Below are positions 1 through 9,024 of a stretch of DNA of 64,000 nucleotides, piece after piece. A program made the translations under genes and the position numbers. The notes beneath the pieces were generated by a model. It did no database searches. It saw nothing but the letters and a program-made list of their open reading frames with translations, and had not been told where the DNA came from. Source of the DNA: an uncultured Planctomycetaceae bacterium (lineage in GTDB: Bacteria; Planctomycetota; Phycisphaerae; SM23-33); assembly GCA_964607575.1 (NCBI GenBank), contig CAZSLS010000006.1, forward strand, positions 16,581-80,580. Reading direction: 5' to 3'. Within the stretch, counting starts at the first letter, position 1, and each line of letters starts with the position of its first letter.

Positions 1-458
1 TTGCGGTCAACTCAGACAGGGCTCTGGTGCCCTGGTTGTCTGATGTCTTCGTCCCATCAACCATTCTGGAAGGTCCCGAAGCCACGGCAGAAGCGCTGGG
101 CGATCTGAACAAGATCGCAAGGACCTTATTGCAGTCCGCAAGATCCCCGAGAAAGAACAAGAAACCTCCCCATGGTTATTCGGAGAGAGGTACGGCAATC
201 GACTCATTCAAGATCGAACTGTTCAGCAAACGGATTCACGAAAAGATAGAGGCATTGAGGAACAGCGAGAGGTTGACGTCGGACGAATGGCAGGTTCTCC
301 ATGCCTTTGTGACTCTAATGCACAGAGACGATGCTACCGGCAGACGTTGGCTCGCCATCCTTGTTGATGAACTCGACGCGATAATGACCCTGTTGTCGGA
401 ATCCTCAATATCCGCACCAAAACGACCACTGACACCACCGGCGATAGGGGACAGTTGA
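1..458 (+). CDS. hypothetical protein, possibly 5'-truncated by the window edge
   Basis: The frame is open from base 3 with no upstream stop. The first in-window start is GTG at 27 and the stop is TGA at 456-458. The region looks AT-richer than its neighbours. No recognisable motif. Confidence 0.3.
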   Translation, partial: AVNSDRALVPWLSDVFVPSTILEGPEATAEALGDLNKIARTLLQSARSPRKNKKPPHGYSERGTAIDSFKIELFSKRIHEKIEALRNSERLTSDEWQVLHAFVTLMHRDDATGRRWLAILVDELDAIMTLLSESSISAPKRPLTPPAIGDS

Positions 459-586
459 AGACAACCGAGCGCCCCTGCCACCGGTTGCGCGTTTTCGTTG
501 CCAATTGCCCCCCGTTGCCGAAATATGTTACCCTATACCTGCCCGGCGGGCAGTTGCTGTGGCGCTTACTTTGGGAGCGATCAAAA

Positions 587-3500
587 ATGATGCGACGGAT
601 TATTAGCGCTTGGGTGGGGGCTGTTTTACTTGTTATCGCAGCGGGCGGGACGACCGTGGCGGCCGCCGAGCCCGTCAAGGCCGATGCTGCCGGTGTCACC
701 CTGGGCGACTGGTACTGCGCAGGTCCGTTTAAGGATGAATTGTTTGGGCTTCATCTCAAGTCGTTTAAGACGGTCTTCCCGCCGGAGAAACAGGTGATTG
801 CGGCGGGTGGGAAGCTTGTTGATCTTTCTGCGGTCTGGGAAGTTGAGAAACTGCCCGGAATGACTTCCACCAGGCGGCGGTGGGTTAAGTTTGGCGATTG
901 GAGCGACGGGTACGTCAATCAACTTCCGGTCGGTCCGCCGCCGATGCGGAATGAGACCTGCTATCTCTATCGTACGATTACTGCCAAAACCGCGGGCAGT
1001 GTCGAGATGCGGATCCTGGCGGTGGATAACATCAAGGCGTGGTTGAACGGTAAGGAAGTGGCGGGGGTGGGCAACCCGGGTCGGTCGGGCGCCTCGCGGT
1101 TCCCGGCCGGTTTGAACGCACAGTTGGAACTGGTGTCCGGAGATAATCGGCTGATGGTGAAGATCACTTCGATGCATGGTAGGCATGGGTTTGCGTTTGC
1201 GATACCGTCGCTCACGCCGTCCAGCAACACTCGTCCGGGCAGACTGGCGAGTACGTACAACCTGGGCTCCGGCGATGAGCCGTACGCCCGCTCGGGCAAA
1301 CTCGTTGCGCCCAAGGCTATGTCGGCGTCTCACGCAAAGGAACGCGTTAAGGCGTTTCGGTTTGATATCGCCCCGATCCCGATGTACGACCCGGCGCGTC
1401 TGAAAATGGTGGAAGATCTCGAGCGGACCGCTTCGGCCACCAGCGGCGCCCGGGCGTATCTCAAGGTGCTGGCGGCGTTGAAACCGAAGATCGGCGGCGA
1501 CGCGGTGGCCGCGGCTGGGCAGATCGAGAAGATGTGGCGCCGGCAGATTCGCAGCCTCGGACCGATAGCGTTTGTGCGCTGCCCGCCGTACCGCGTAAAT
1601 GCGATCGCGCCGTACACCGCTCGCGGTGCCGGACCGGCGAGTATCTGCGTGTTCGATCCCGCCAACGAGAAAGAGCCCATGCGCGTGATCTACGACCGCC
1701 CGGGACTATGCATATTCGACATGAACCTGTCGTACGACGCCAAGACGATATTCTTCGCCGCCCGCAATGGTGGCGAGCCCTGGCACATATACGAGATCGG
1801 CGTCGATGGGAAGGGCCTCAAGCAGATCACCAATGGTTCCAGTAGCGACATATCGCCGACGGTCCTGCCGAGCGGAGAGATAATGTTCGTCTCGACGCGG
1901 GCCGGTACGCGAGTCGTCTGCCAGAAGCAGCCCTCGGGCCTGCTGTACGTTTGCAATCGCGACGGGTCGAACGTGCGGCGGGTGTCGGGCAATACGCTCA
2001 GCGACCACACGCCCCAGGTGATGAACGATGGGCGGGTACTCTTTACGCGATGGGACTACGGCGTCGACAAGAACGTATTCTGCCGCCAGAACCTCTGGAC
2101 CATGAACCCCGACGGGACGCGCTTCGCCCTGTTTGGATCGAACACGAAGGAAGATCCAAACTCGTTCTGGGAGGCCAGTGCCATCCCCGGCCGCCCGGAG
2201 GTCGTGTGCGTCTTCGGGCCTCACCACAGTTATCACGCGGGTATGATCGGCCTGGTGTGGGACCGCCCGGTGGGGTTCCGAAAGGACGTCCGCGGCGAAG
2301 GGTTCAGGTGGGTAACCCCCCAGATGCCGTTTGTCGGCGACACGACCCTGTCGTGGGGCTACCAGGATCCTTGGCCGATAAACGAGCGGTTGTTCCTGGT
2401 GTCGTACGGCGGAGACGGCGGACGAAAGAACCGTTTGTATCTCCTGGACGATCGGGGCAATCGCAAGTGCATCTACGAGGCCGAGGGGAAAATGGGCTGC
2501 TGGGACCCTGTGCTGCTGCGCCCGCGCAAGACGCCCCCGGTGATACCAAACCAGTCGACGCCGGTGAAATACGCCCACCGCACGCCGGCGGAGGCGAACC
2601 TCAATCCCAACGACAAGCTCACCGGAACATTCCTGCTGCAGGACGTTTATGAGGGGCTCGGGCCCACGGTCAAGCGAGGCGAGGTAAAGTCGCTGGCGAT
2701 TATCGAGCAGGTTCCCAAGTATGGCGACCCCGCCGGCGCCCAGATATGGGGTTATTCGCCTACGATTAGCCGCGGGACGATGTTTGTACGGCGGATTATC
2801 GGGACCGTGCCCGTCGAGTCAGACGGATCGGCGCACTTCACGGCCCCGGCGATTCGCGACATATCGTTCAATGCCCTGGATGCCGAAGGGCGCCTGATCA
2901 GGCACATGGGCTCGACGCTGCACATCATGCCTGGCGAGACTCAAAGCTGCCTCGGTTGCCATGAAACGCGGGGCAAGGTTCCCGCCCGCGGTCCGTCCGC
3001 CGTCATTGCCGCCAAGCGCCCACCGTCAGTGCCGAAGTATCCCTCGTGGACCGCCAAGGGAATACTCGACTTCACCAAGGTGGTCCAGCCCGTACTCGAC
3101 AAGCACTGCATCAAGTGTCATTCGGGCCCGACTCCGAAAAAAGGCGTGGACCTCTCCGGCGACAAGACGCACTCGCACTCGATGGCCTACGACCAGTTGC
3201 TCGATCGGGGCATGGTCCACTACGTGCCCGTCGCGGGGACCGGACACGACAACAGCTCCCCGAAGGCCCGCGGTTCGTACGTCTCAAAAATCCGCAAGCA
3301 TCTCGAAACGAACTTTTGCGTGAAAGAGCCGATCCCGCTCGAGGACCGCAAACGCATCTACATGTGGATCGACGCCAACGTACCGTATTTCGGTACGTAC
3401 GAGTTCACCAACTCCCGCGTGATGGGCGGGCGCAGCCGCTGGTACGTTACAGACAAGCGCAAGTGGTTCCGCAGAGATTTCGAGCCCGTGTTCAACCGCC

Positions 3501-4354
3501 GCTGCCTGCCCTGCCACAAACGCTACATCACGCCGCAGACGTATAACTACAATCCGGGCGGTAGGGGGCAGATCATGGTTACCTCGAAGATATGGAACGA
3601 TATCGCGCTGGGTTCGTTCCAGTTGGGACACGGGCGGATATCGATGATCGGGCAGATCGGGCCTGTGCATCGGATCAACCTGACGCACCCCGAATGGTCG
3701 CAGATGCTGATGGCGCCGCTGGCGAAATCGGCGGGCGGGATGGGCCTCTGCAAGGCTGCCGACGGTGGGGCAGTGTTCAAGGACAAACAGGACGCCGACT
3801 ACAAGGCGATCAGCAAGGCGCTGCAAAAAGGCCACGACACTCTGATGGCCGACCCGCGCGTGGACATGCCCGAGGCCCGAAAACCCAAGAATCTCGAAAA
3901 GGCCCGCGAGAAAACTGCCGCCGCCGCGAGTTGGCGGACCAGGAAAGACGGATGGATATCGGCCAGCGCGACCTATCGCGCCAGTTCGATAATACCCAAA
4001 TGGACCACGGACAAGGAAAAGCTGCTGACGGGCAAGCCGTACGCCAACGATTGGGCGTTCTGCACCGAAAGGGAGGACAATCCATACATAATCATCACGC
4101 TCGACAAGGCGTATGCGATAGATGAAGTGCATATCGTAAACCGCGTCAACTCGTGTCAGGAGTTTGCCCGCACGCTTACGATGTGGGTGTCGGCCGACGG
4201 GAAAACGTGGACGAAGACCTGGTCGGCAGGTGGGCGGCCCAGGGCGGACTGGCACGTAAAACTACCTAAAACTCCGAAGGCAAAGTACGTAAAACTGGGC
4301 CTGACCGAGAAGCAGTACCTGGACTTGAAGTACGTTTTTGTCTACGGTAAGTAG
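587..4354 (+). CDS. secreted multidomain protein: N-terminal jelly-roll/lectin-like module, PD40/TolB-like beta-propeller, three CXXCH haem-c motifs, C-terminal F5/8 type C (discoidin)-like module (propeller/CXXCH paralog 1 of 4)
   Basis: ATG at 587 follows GGGAGC. Signal-peptide-like MMRRIISAWVGAVLLVIAAGGTTVAAA. PD40-like LSYDAKTIFF / GVDGKGL / LPSGEIMFVSTR. Motifs CLGCH, CIKCH, CLPCH. Discoidin-like tail NPYIIITLDKAYAIDEVHIVNR...WVSADGKTW. Alignable with the ORFs at 9025, 23986 and 48097(-). Confidence 0.75.
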   Translation: MMRRIISAWVGAVLLVIAAGGTTVAAAEPVKADAAGVTLGDWYCAGPFKDELFGLHLKSFKTVFPPEKQVIAAGGKLVDLSAVWEVEKLPGMTSTRRRWVKFGDWSDGYVNQLPVGPPPMRNETCYLYRTITAKTAGSVEMRILAVDNIKAWLNGKEVAGVGNPGRSGASRFPAGLNAQLELVSGDNRLMVKITSMHGRHGFAFAIPSLTPSSNTRPGRLASTYNLGSGDEPYARSGKLVAPKAMSASHAKERVKAFRFDIAPIPMYDPARLKMVEDLERTASATSGARAYLKVLAALKPKIGGDAVAAAGQIEKMWRRQIRSLGPIAFVRCPPYRVNAIAPYTARGAGPASICVFDPANEKEPMRVIYDRPGLCIFDMNLSYDAKTIFFAARNGGEPWHIYEIGVDGKGLKQITNGSSSDISPTVLPSGEIMFVSTRAGTRVVCQKQPSGLLYVCNRDGSNVRRVSGNTLSDHTPQVMNDGRVLFTRWDYGVDKNVFCRQNLWTMNPDGTRFALFGSNTKEDPNSFWEASAIPGRPEVVCVFGPHHSYHAGMIGLVWDRPVGFRKDVRGEGFRWVTPQMPFVGDTTLSWGYQDPWPINERLFLVSYGGDGGRKNRLYLLDDRGNRKCIYEAEGKMGCWDPVLLRPRKTPPVIPNQSTPVKYAHRTPAEANLNPNDKLTGTFLLQDVYEGLGPTVKRGEVKSLAIIEQVPKYGDPAGAQIWGYSPTISRGTMFVRRIIGTVPVESDGSAHFTAPAIRDISFNALDAEGRLIRHMGSTLHIMPGETQSCLGCHETRGKVPARGPSAVIAAKRPPSVPKYPSWTAKGILDFTKVVQPVLDKHCIKCHSGPTPKKGVDLSGDKTHSHSMAYDQLLDRGMVHYVPVAGTGHDNSSPKARGSYVSKIRKHLETNFCVKEPIPLEDRKRIYMWIDANVPYFGTYEFTNSRVMGGRSRWYVTDKRKWFRRDFEPVFNRRCLPCHKRYITPQTYNYNPGGRGQIMVTSKIWNDIALGSFQLGHGRISMIGQIGPVHRINLTHPEWSQMLMAPLAKSAGGMGLCKAADGGAVFKDKQDADYKAISKALQKGHDTLMADPRVDMPEARKPKNLEKAREKTAAAASWRTRKDGWISASATYRASSIIPKWTTDKEKLLTGKPYANDWAFCTEREDNPYIIITLDKAYAIDEVHIVNRVNSCQEFARTLTMWVSADGKTWTKTWSAGGRPRADWHVKLPKTPKAKYVKLGLTEKQYLDLKYVFVYGK

Positions 4355-4450
4355 GACGTCCCCGAGCGTCGGTCCCCAGCGTGAGATCAGGGAATTCTGA
4401 CGTCGCGGTAGGCGTAAGGTATTTAGGGGCGCTATAATAAAACTACAAGT

Positions 4451-4472
4451 CGCCCGGTGGAGTAGCCGGGCG
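4451..4472. other. GC-rich stem-loop (7-bp stem, 8-nt loop) between paralog 1 and the corrinoid gene
   Basis: cgcccgg-tggagtag-ccgggcg is a perfect inverted repeat. No T-tract follows, so a terminator role is uncertain. Confidence 0.25.
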
Positions 4473-4492
4473 AGTCCCCACTCAATTTAAGG

Positions 4493-5173
4493 ATGGTCCG
4501 GATGGACATTCGAGAATCACTGGTCGCAAAGATTATGAACGCAGATCGGGCCGGAGCCGGCGCGCTGCTGGTGGAATGGGGCTGGCAGAACGGGTATAGG
4601 AAACTTCTCCCGGAAGTGCTCGAACCGGTTCTGCGGGAGATCGGAGAGTTGTGGACGGCCCCGGATGGGATATCCCTGGCGCAGGCGTATATTGCCGCCA
4701 AGGTAGCCGAGGACGTCATTGGCAAGATTGGCGACATCGTTGCGGATCCCGGATCCGATCCGGTCGAGTCGCGCGGACCCGTGGTCATCGGAAACATCGA
4801 GGACGACTTCCACGCACTGGGACGCCGAATGGTTGGTACCTTCCTCCGGACCGATGGTTGGGACGTTCACGATATGGGCAATGACGTACCGGCCGCCGAT
4901 CTGGTCGACCAGGCCGTCGCCGTCGGCGCGAAGGTCATCGGCGTCTCGGCGATGATGCGTACGACCGCGGAGAACATTCCCGCCGTTCGGGCGGAGTTGG
5001 ACCGGCGGGGCTTGACGGGCAAGATTCAACTCGCAGTCGGCGGCGCGGTATTCGTGCTCCGCCCGGAATTGGTCGAGGAAGTCGGCGGCGACGGGACTGC
5101 CGCAAATGCACTGGCGGCGCCGGCGCTGTTCGAGAAACTCGCGCGCCGGGCCTGCGGTGAGGAAAGCGAGTGA
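4493..5173 (+). CDS. cobalamin (B12)-binding corrinoid protein, MtaC/MtbC-like
   Basis: DxHxxG motif (DFHALG), then SxM/L (SAMM) and GG (VGGA) at the spacing typical of B12-binding Rossmann domains, with a helical N-terminal cap. An alternative ATG at 4502 is possible. Confidence 0.8.
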   Translation: MVRMDIRESLVAKIMNADRAGAGALLVEWGWQNGYRKLLPEVLEPVLREIGELWTAPDGISLAQAYIAAKVAEDVIGKIGDIVADPGSDPVESRGPVVIGNIEDDFHALGRRMVGTFLRTDGWDVHDMGNDVPAADLVDQAVAVGAKVIGVSAMMRTTAENIPAVRAELDRRGLTGKIQLAVGGAVFVLRPELVEEVGGDGTAANALAAPALFEKLARRACGEESE

Positions 5174-6201
5174 ACAGTCGACAGCGCATCATGGCGACGG
5201 TCGCCGGCGATCCTGCGGACCGCCCCGCATTCACCGCCACGCTGAGTCTCTACGGCGCCGCCCTGACGGGCTGTCCGCTGCAGCAGTACTATACCAGTGC
5301 CGCGGCCTACGCCGATGGGCAGGCTGCGGTCGCCGAGATCTTCGGACCTGACATCCTCTTCACGCCATTTTCCTGCCCGGCGGAGGGAGAGGCCTTCGGG
5401 ACAGAGGTGGCGTTCTTCGAGCACCAGCCTCCCAACGTGGTCCGCCCGGCGGTCTCGTCGGTCGAGGAGATTGCTTCTCTGGCGATACCCGACGTCGAAG
5501 CGCATCCCAGGCTGATGTACATTCGCGAGGCGCTGCGGACGATGGTCTCGGCGCACGGTCGGGAGCGGGCGATAGCGGGAATTGCGCTGAGCCCGGTTGG
5601 CGTGCCTCTGATGATTATGGGGATCAGCGGTTGGATGGAGACGGTGCTGTTCGATCCGCAAGGCGCGCGGCGCATGTTGGACGTGACGCGCCCGTTCTCC
5701 GTGCGGTGGGTTAACGCGCTGCTGGGCGACGGGGCCGACTTCGTTGCCATGCCCGCGGGAATGCTCAGCCCATTGATCGTGACGCGGGAAATCGCCGAGG
5801 ATTTCACCCGCCCCGCGCTGGTCGAAGCGCTGGAGGAGGTCGACGGGCCTGTCATTCTGCACCACGCCGGCGGACCATGCACGAGGCATCTCGACCTGTT
5901 CGTGGGGCTTCCGAACGTTATCGGCGTGGTCATCGATAATCGCGACGACCCCGGCGAGGCCCGCAGGATTCTCGGACCGGAGATGGTGCTGCTGGCCGGC
6001 CCGAGCGGACCGGAACTACCCGAATGCACTGTCGATCAGATCGAGGCCGATTGCAGGAGCCGGCTCACCAGATGCAACGGCGATTCGAAGGCCATCCTGG
6101 CAACAGCGGCAGCCGACATACCACTGGCGACGCCGGCGGAGAATATACATGCGATTTGCCGGGCGGTCGGGGCTTATGCGGAGGGGGGGCAAGATGGCTA
6201 G
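5170..6201 (+). CDS. uroporphyrinogen decarboxylase (URO-D) family / MtaA-like methylcobamide methyltransferase homolog
   Basis: N-terminus NSRQRIMATVAGDPADRPA resembles the MtaA/URO-D start (..eR....l.g...DR.P). About 340 aa. GTG at 5170 overlaps the upstream TGA (GTGA). No H-x-C zinc motif is visible. Confidence 0.65.
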   Translation: MNSRQRIMATVAGDPADRPAFTATLSLYGAALTGCPLQQYYTSAAAYADGQAAVAEIFGPDILFTPFSCPAEGEAFGTEVAFFEHQPPNVVRPAVSSVEEIASLAIPDVEAHPRLMYIREALRTMVSAHGRERAIAGIALSPVGVPLMIMGISGWMETVLFDPQGARRMLDVTRPFSVRWVNALLGDGADFVAMPAGMLSPLIVTREIAEDFTRPALVEALEEVDGPVILHHAGGPCTRHLDLFVGLPNVIGVVIDNRDDPGEARRILGPEMVLLAGPSGPELPECTVDQIEADCRSRLTRCNGDSKAILATAAADIPLATPAENIHAICRAVGAYAEGGQDG

Positions 6202-6796
6202 TCGGGAGATCGTTTGTGTGGTCTGCGGGATTTTTGAAGTGGAACTTCGGGCGCTTCAAGAGCAAGGCGAACTATCGTATCCGCTACGTTTTCTCTCTTC
6301 GATGCTGCACATGGTACCCGAGGAACTCGCCAGGAAACTCACCTGCGCCGTCGATGCAGAACTCCACGCCGGGCGCCGCGTCATCGTGGTCTACGGGGAC
6401 TGTCATGCGTCGATGCCCGAAATGGTGAATCGACCGAACGTCGTACGCACCAACGGTATCAACTGTTGCGAGTTGCTGCTTGGGTCGCAGCGCTACCGAA
6501 AACTCCGCGCCGAGGGCGCGTTTTTCATGATGAACGACTGGGCCATGCGCTGGCAAGAGGTCTTCACCGAGAGATTGGGACTCTCGGAAACCAACGCAAC
6601 CGACCTGATGCGCGAGATGCACGCGAAGCTGATCTATATCGACACCGGCGTGACGCTCCTACCGCGGGCGGAATTGGAGGCGATGAGCGCCTATTGCGGA
6701 CTGGAATGGGAGGTGCTGACGGTTTCACTGGAACCGTTGCTGGAAACGATTACCGACGCGGTGGGGCGACTGGACGAGCAGGGAGAGATCGAGTGA
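6194..6796 (+). CDS. DUF1638-like protein
   Basis: MASREIVCVVCGIFEVEL...LHMVPEEL...VVYGDC...NCCELLLGS matches my recollection of DUF1638 (Cys-rich, about 200 aa, found beside corrinoid methyltransferases). ATG at 6194 overlaps the upstream gene by 8 nt. Confidence 0.6.
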   Translation: MASREIVCVVCGIFEVELRALQEQGELSYPLRFLSSMLHMVPEELARKLTCAVDAELHAGRRVIVVYGDCHASMPEMVNRPNVVRTNGINCCELLLGSQRYRKLRAEGAFFMMNDWAMRWQEVFTERLGLSETNATDLMREMHAKLIYIDTGVTLLPRAELEAMSAYCGLEWEVLTVSLEPLLETITDAVGRLDEQGEIE

Positions 6797-8883
6797 GAGG
6801 TGCCTCGGGACATACCGACCCGGCGTATGCATCCTTCACGCTGGACATGGTCAACGGCCTGCTTCGCCATACGGGCAACGTGCAGCAGGCCGCCGACCAC
6901 CTTACCGAGCAATTGCGAGAGGTGACCGGCGCCAGGACGGTCATCGTGCTTCGAGCGATGAGCCCCGAACGCGGTGGTCCGTGTCGCGCCGTAAGCGTTA
7001 ACCCCCAGCGACGCGGAGCGATCGCCGATTCGCCCGAGGCTTCGAATCTGTTTGCGCTATGTGGCGATCTGGCGCAGACGGCCCTGTGGCGAGCGGGCGA
7101 CGGCGGTCCGGCGGCGAGAGTTATCGAGGCGCTCGATTGCGGGCTGACGGCGGCCGTTCCGCTGCGCGTGGAGGACAACTACATCGGATGCATCCTCGCA
7201 CTCGATCTGCCAGACGACCGCCAGGGGGATATGGTTGCGGCGTGTCTGGACACGGTCGCCGGAATTGTCGCCCTCGTGCTTCACGGCGCCTTCCTGAGCG
7301 AGCAACAGGACAATATCATCGAGGCTCGCACCGCGGAACTGCGGAGTTCGCACGCCTTCCTGCAGACCGTTATGGACGCCGACCCCGAGAGCATCCTCGT
7401 GATCGATCGCGATTATCGCATCGCACTGGGAAACCTCGCGGCGCGAAGGCGGGCGGGCGATGGCGGCGATATTGTCGGGCACAAGTGCCACGAGATCTGC
7501 CACGGAAACGACACCCCCTGCGACGAGACTGATCGCGTCTGTCCGTTGCGGCGGGTGCTGAAAACCGGCGTGCCGGTTACGGTCGTGCATAAGCATGCCG
7601 ACGAGGGCGGCGACGGAGCGATCATGGAAGTGACGGCCGCTCCGATCTTCGATACCGACGGGCAGATCGTACAGGTTGTCGAGGTCGCCCGCGATATAGC
7701 GCAGCGCGTCCGGGCCGAGGATGAGCGTGAGAAACTGGAAGCCCAACTCCGCCAGGCGCAGAAAATGGAGGCTGTCGGGCAACTGGCCGGAGGGATCGCC
7801 CACGACTTCAACAACCTGTTGCAGGCGATCCTGGGCTACGGCGAGATGGCACATTCCGATGCTGAGCCGGGCGGCCACGTTCGCGATTTTGTCGAGGAGG
7901 TGCTGAAGGCGGGGCATCGCGCCAAGACGCTGGTCAGCCAGTTGCTGGCCTTCAGCCGGAGGCAGGTGCTCGAGATGGAGGACCTGGACCTCAATGAAGT
8001 GATCGCTGACCTGATGAAGATGATCCGACGCGTCATCGGTGAATATATTACGCTCGATGTTCTTCTCGGGCACGACCTCGGAACTGTCCGGGCCGACCGC
8101 GGACAGATCGCGCAGATCCTGACGAACCTTTGCGTCAATGCTCGCGACGCGATGCCTGAAGGCGGAACGATCACCATCGAAACCGAGAACGTCAGGATCG
8201 ACCAGGAGTATTGCGAGTCCCACACCTGGGCCAGACCGGGACGATACGTACTGCTGAGCGTGACCGACATGGGCTGTGGGATGGACGCCGAGACCATGGG
8301 GCGAGTCTTCGAACCCTTCTTCACCACCAAGGTCGTTGGCAAGGGCACGGGTCTGGGCCTCTCGACCGTCTATGGCCTGGTCAAACAGCACGAGGGATAT
8401 ATCCAGGTCTACAGCGAAGTCGACAAGGGCACGACGTTCAAAACCTATCTGCCCGTGGTCGAACGCTCCGTGACGGCCGTCGGCGACAAGATCGAAGGCC
8501 CCATCCCGGGCGGTAGCGAGACGATCCTGCTGGCCGAAGACGACGAAATGGTGCTCACACTATCCGAGGCCATACTGACCCAGGCGGGGTATACTGTGCT
8601 GACCGCCGCCGACGGCGCCGAGGCGCTGAGCTTGTTCGAAGAGAACGCCGATGCGATTGGCTTGGCGATCCTGGATGTGGTGATGCCCAAACTTGGCGGA
8701 CATGCCGTCTTCGAGCGGATTCGCCCCAGGCATCCGGATGTGCGCGTGCTCTTTGCCAGCGGATACAGCATGAACGCCATCCACACGAACTTCGTCCTCG
8801 ACGAGGGTTTGGCGCTCATCCAGAAACCGTATCAACGCGCCAACCTTCTCCGCAAAGTGCGGGAGATGCTCGACCATAAATGA
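6793..8883 (+). CDS. soluble hybrid sensor histidine kinase (GAF-like, PAS with Cys4 motif, HisKA, HATPase_c, receiver)
   Basis: H-box [10 protein letters not shown]-box [11 protein letters not shown]-boxes DMGCGMD and GTGLGLS, receiver ILLAEDDE...[14 protein letters not shown] at 6793 overlaps the DUF1638 stop (GTGA). An alternative ATG lies at 6847. No TM segment seen. Confidence 0.85.
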   Translation: MRGASGHTDPAYASFTLDMVNGLLRHTGNVQQAADHLTEQLREVTGARTVIVLRAMSPERGGPCRAVSVNPQRRGAIADSPEASNLFALCGDLAQTALWRAGDGGPAARVIEALDCGLTAAVPLRVEDNYIGCILALDLPDDRQGDMVAACLDTVAGIVALVLHGAFLSEQQDNIIEARTAELRSSHAFLQTVMDADPESILVIDRDYRIALGNLAARRRAGDGGDIVGHKCHEICHGNDTPCDETDRVCPLRRVLKTGVPVTVVHKHADEGGDGAIMEVTAAPIFDTDGQIVQVVEVARDIAQRVRAEDEREKLEAQLRQAQKMEAVGQLAGGIAHDFNNLLQAILGYGEMAHSDAEPGGHVRDFVEEVLKAGHRAKTLVSQLLAFSRRQVLEMEDLDLNEVIADLMKMIRRVIGEYITLDVLLGHDLGTVRADRGQIAQILTNLCVNARDAMPEGGTITIETENVRIDQEYCESHTWARPGRYVLLSVTDMGCGMDAETMGRVFEPFFTTKVVGKGTGLGLSTVYGLVKQHEGYIQVYSEVDKGTTFKTYLPVVERSVTAVGDKIEGPIPGGSETILLAEDDEMVLTLSEAILTQAGYTVLTAADGAEALSLFEENADAIGLAILDVVMPKLGGHAVFERIRPRHPDVRVLFASGYSMNAIHTNFVLDEGLALIQKPYQRANLLRKVREMLDHK

Positions 8884-8930
8884 CAGGCACAGGCAGGGTG
8901 GATGCCTAATTCCGATATCGCAGGTGTATA

Positions 8931-8959
8931 TTGACATTTTCGCTCGGGTTTACTAGGCT
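8931..8959 (+). promoter_or_regulatory. candidate sigma70-like promoter (TTGACA-17 nt-TAGGCT) upstream of paralog 2
   Basis: TTGACA at 8931-8936, a 17-nt spacer, then TAGGCT (TAnnnT) at 8954-8959, about 65 nt upstream of ATG 9025. Promoter rules for this lineage are not established. Confidence 0.3.
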
Positions 8960-9024
8960 CAGGGGGCGTTGGTTTGCATGAAGAACAGAAACCGATAACC
9001 CTCAGGCTGTTCAGGAGTATTAAG

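Noticed and set aside
4355-4492. Possible cobalamin riboswitch upstream of the corrinoid-protein gene (contains cAGGGAA and agccgggcgagtcccc)
   Set aside because: The region is only 138 nt. It lacks the GGTG..AA.TCC element and a convincing GCCACTG B12 box. The stem-loop at 4451-4472 is the only clear structure. A covariance-model scan (Rfam RF00174) would be needed to revive the idea.
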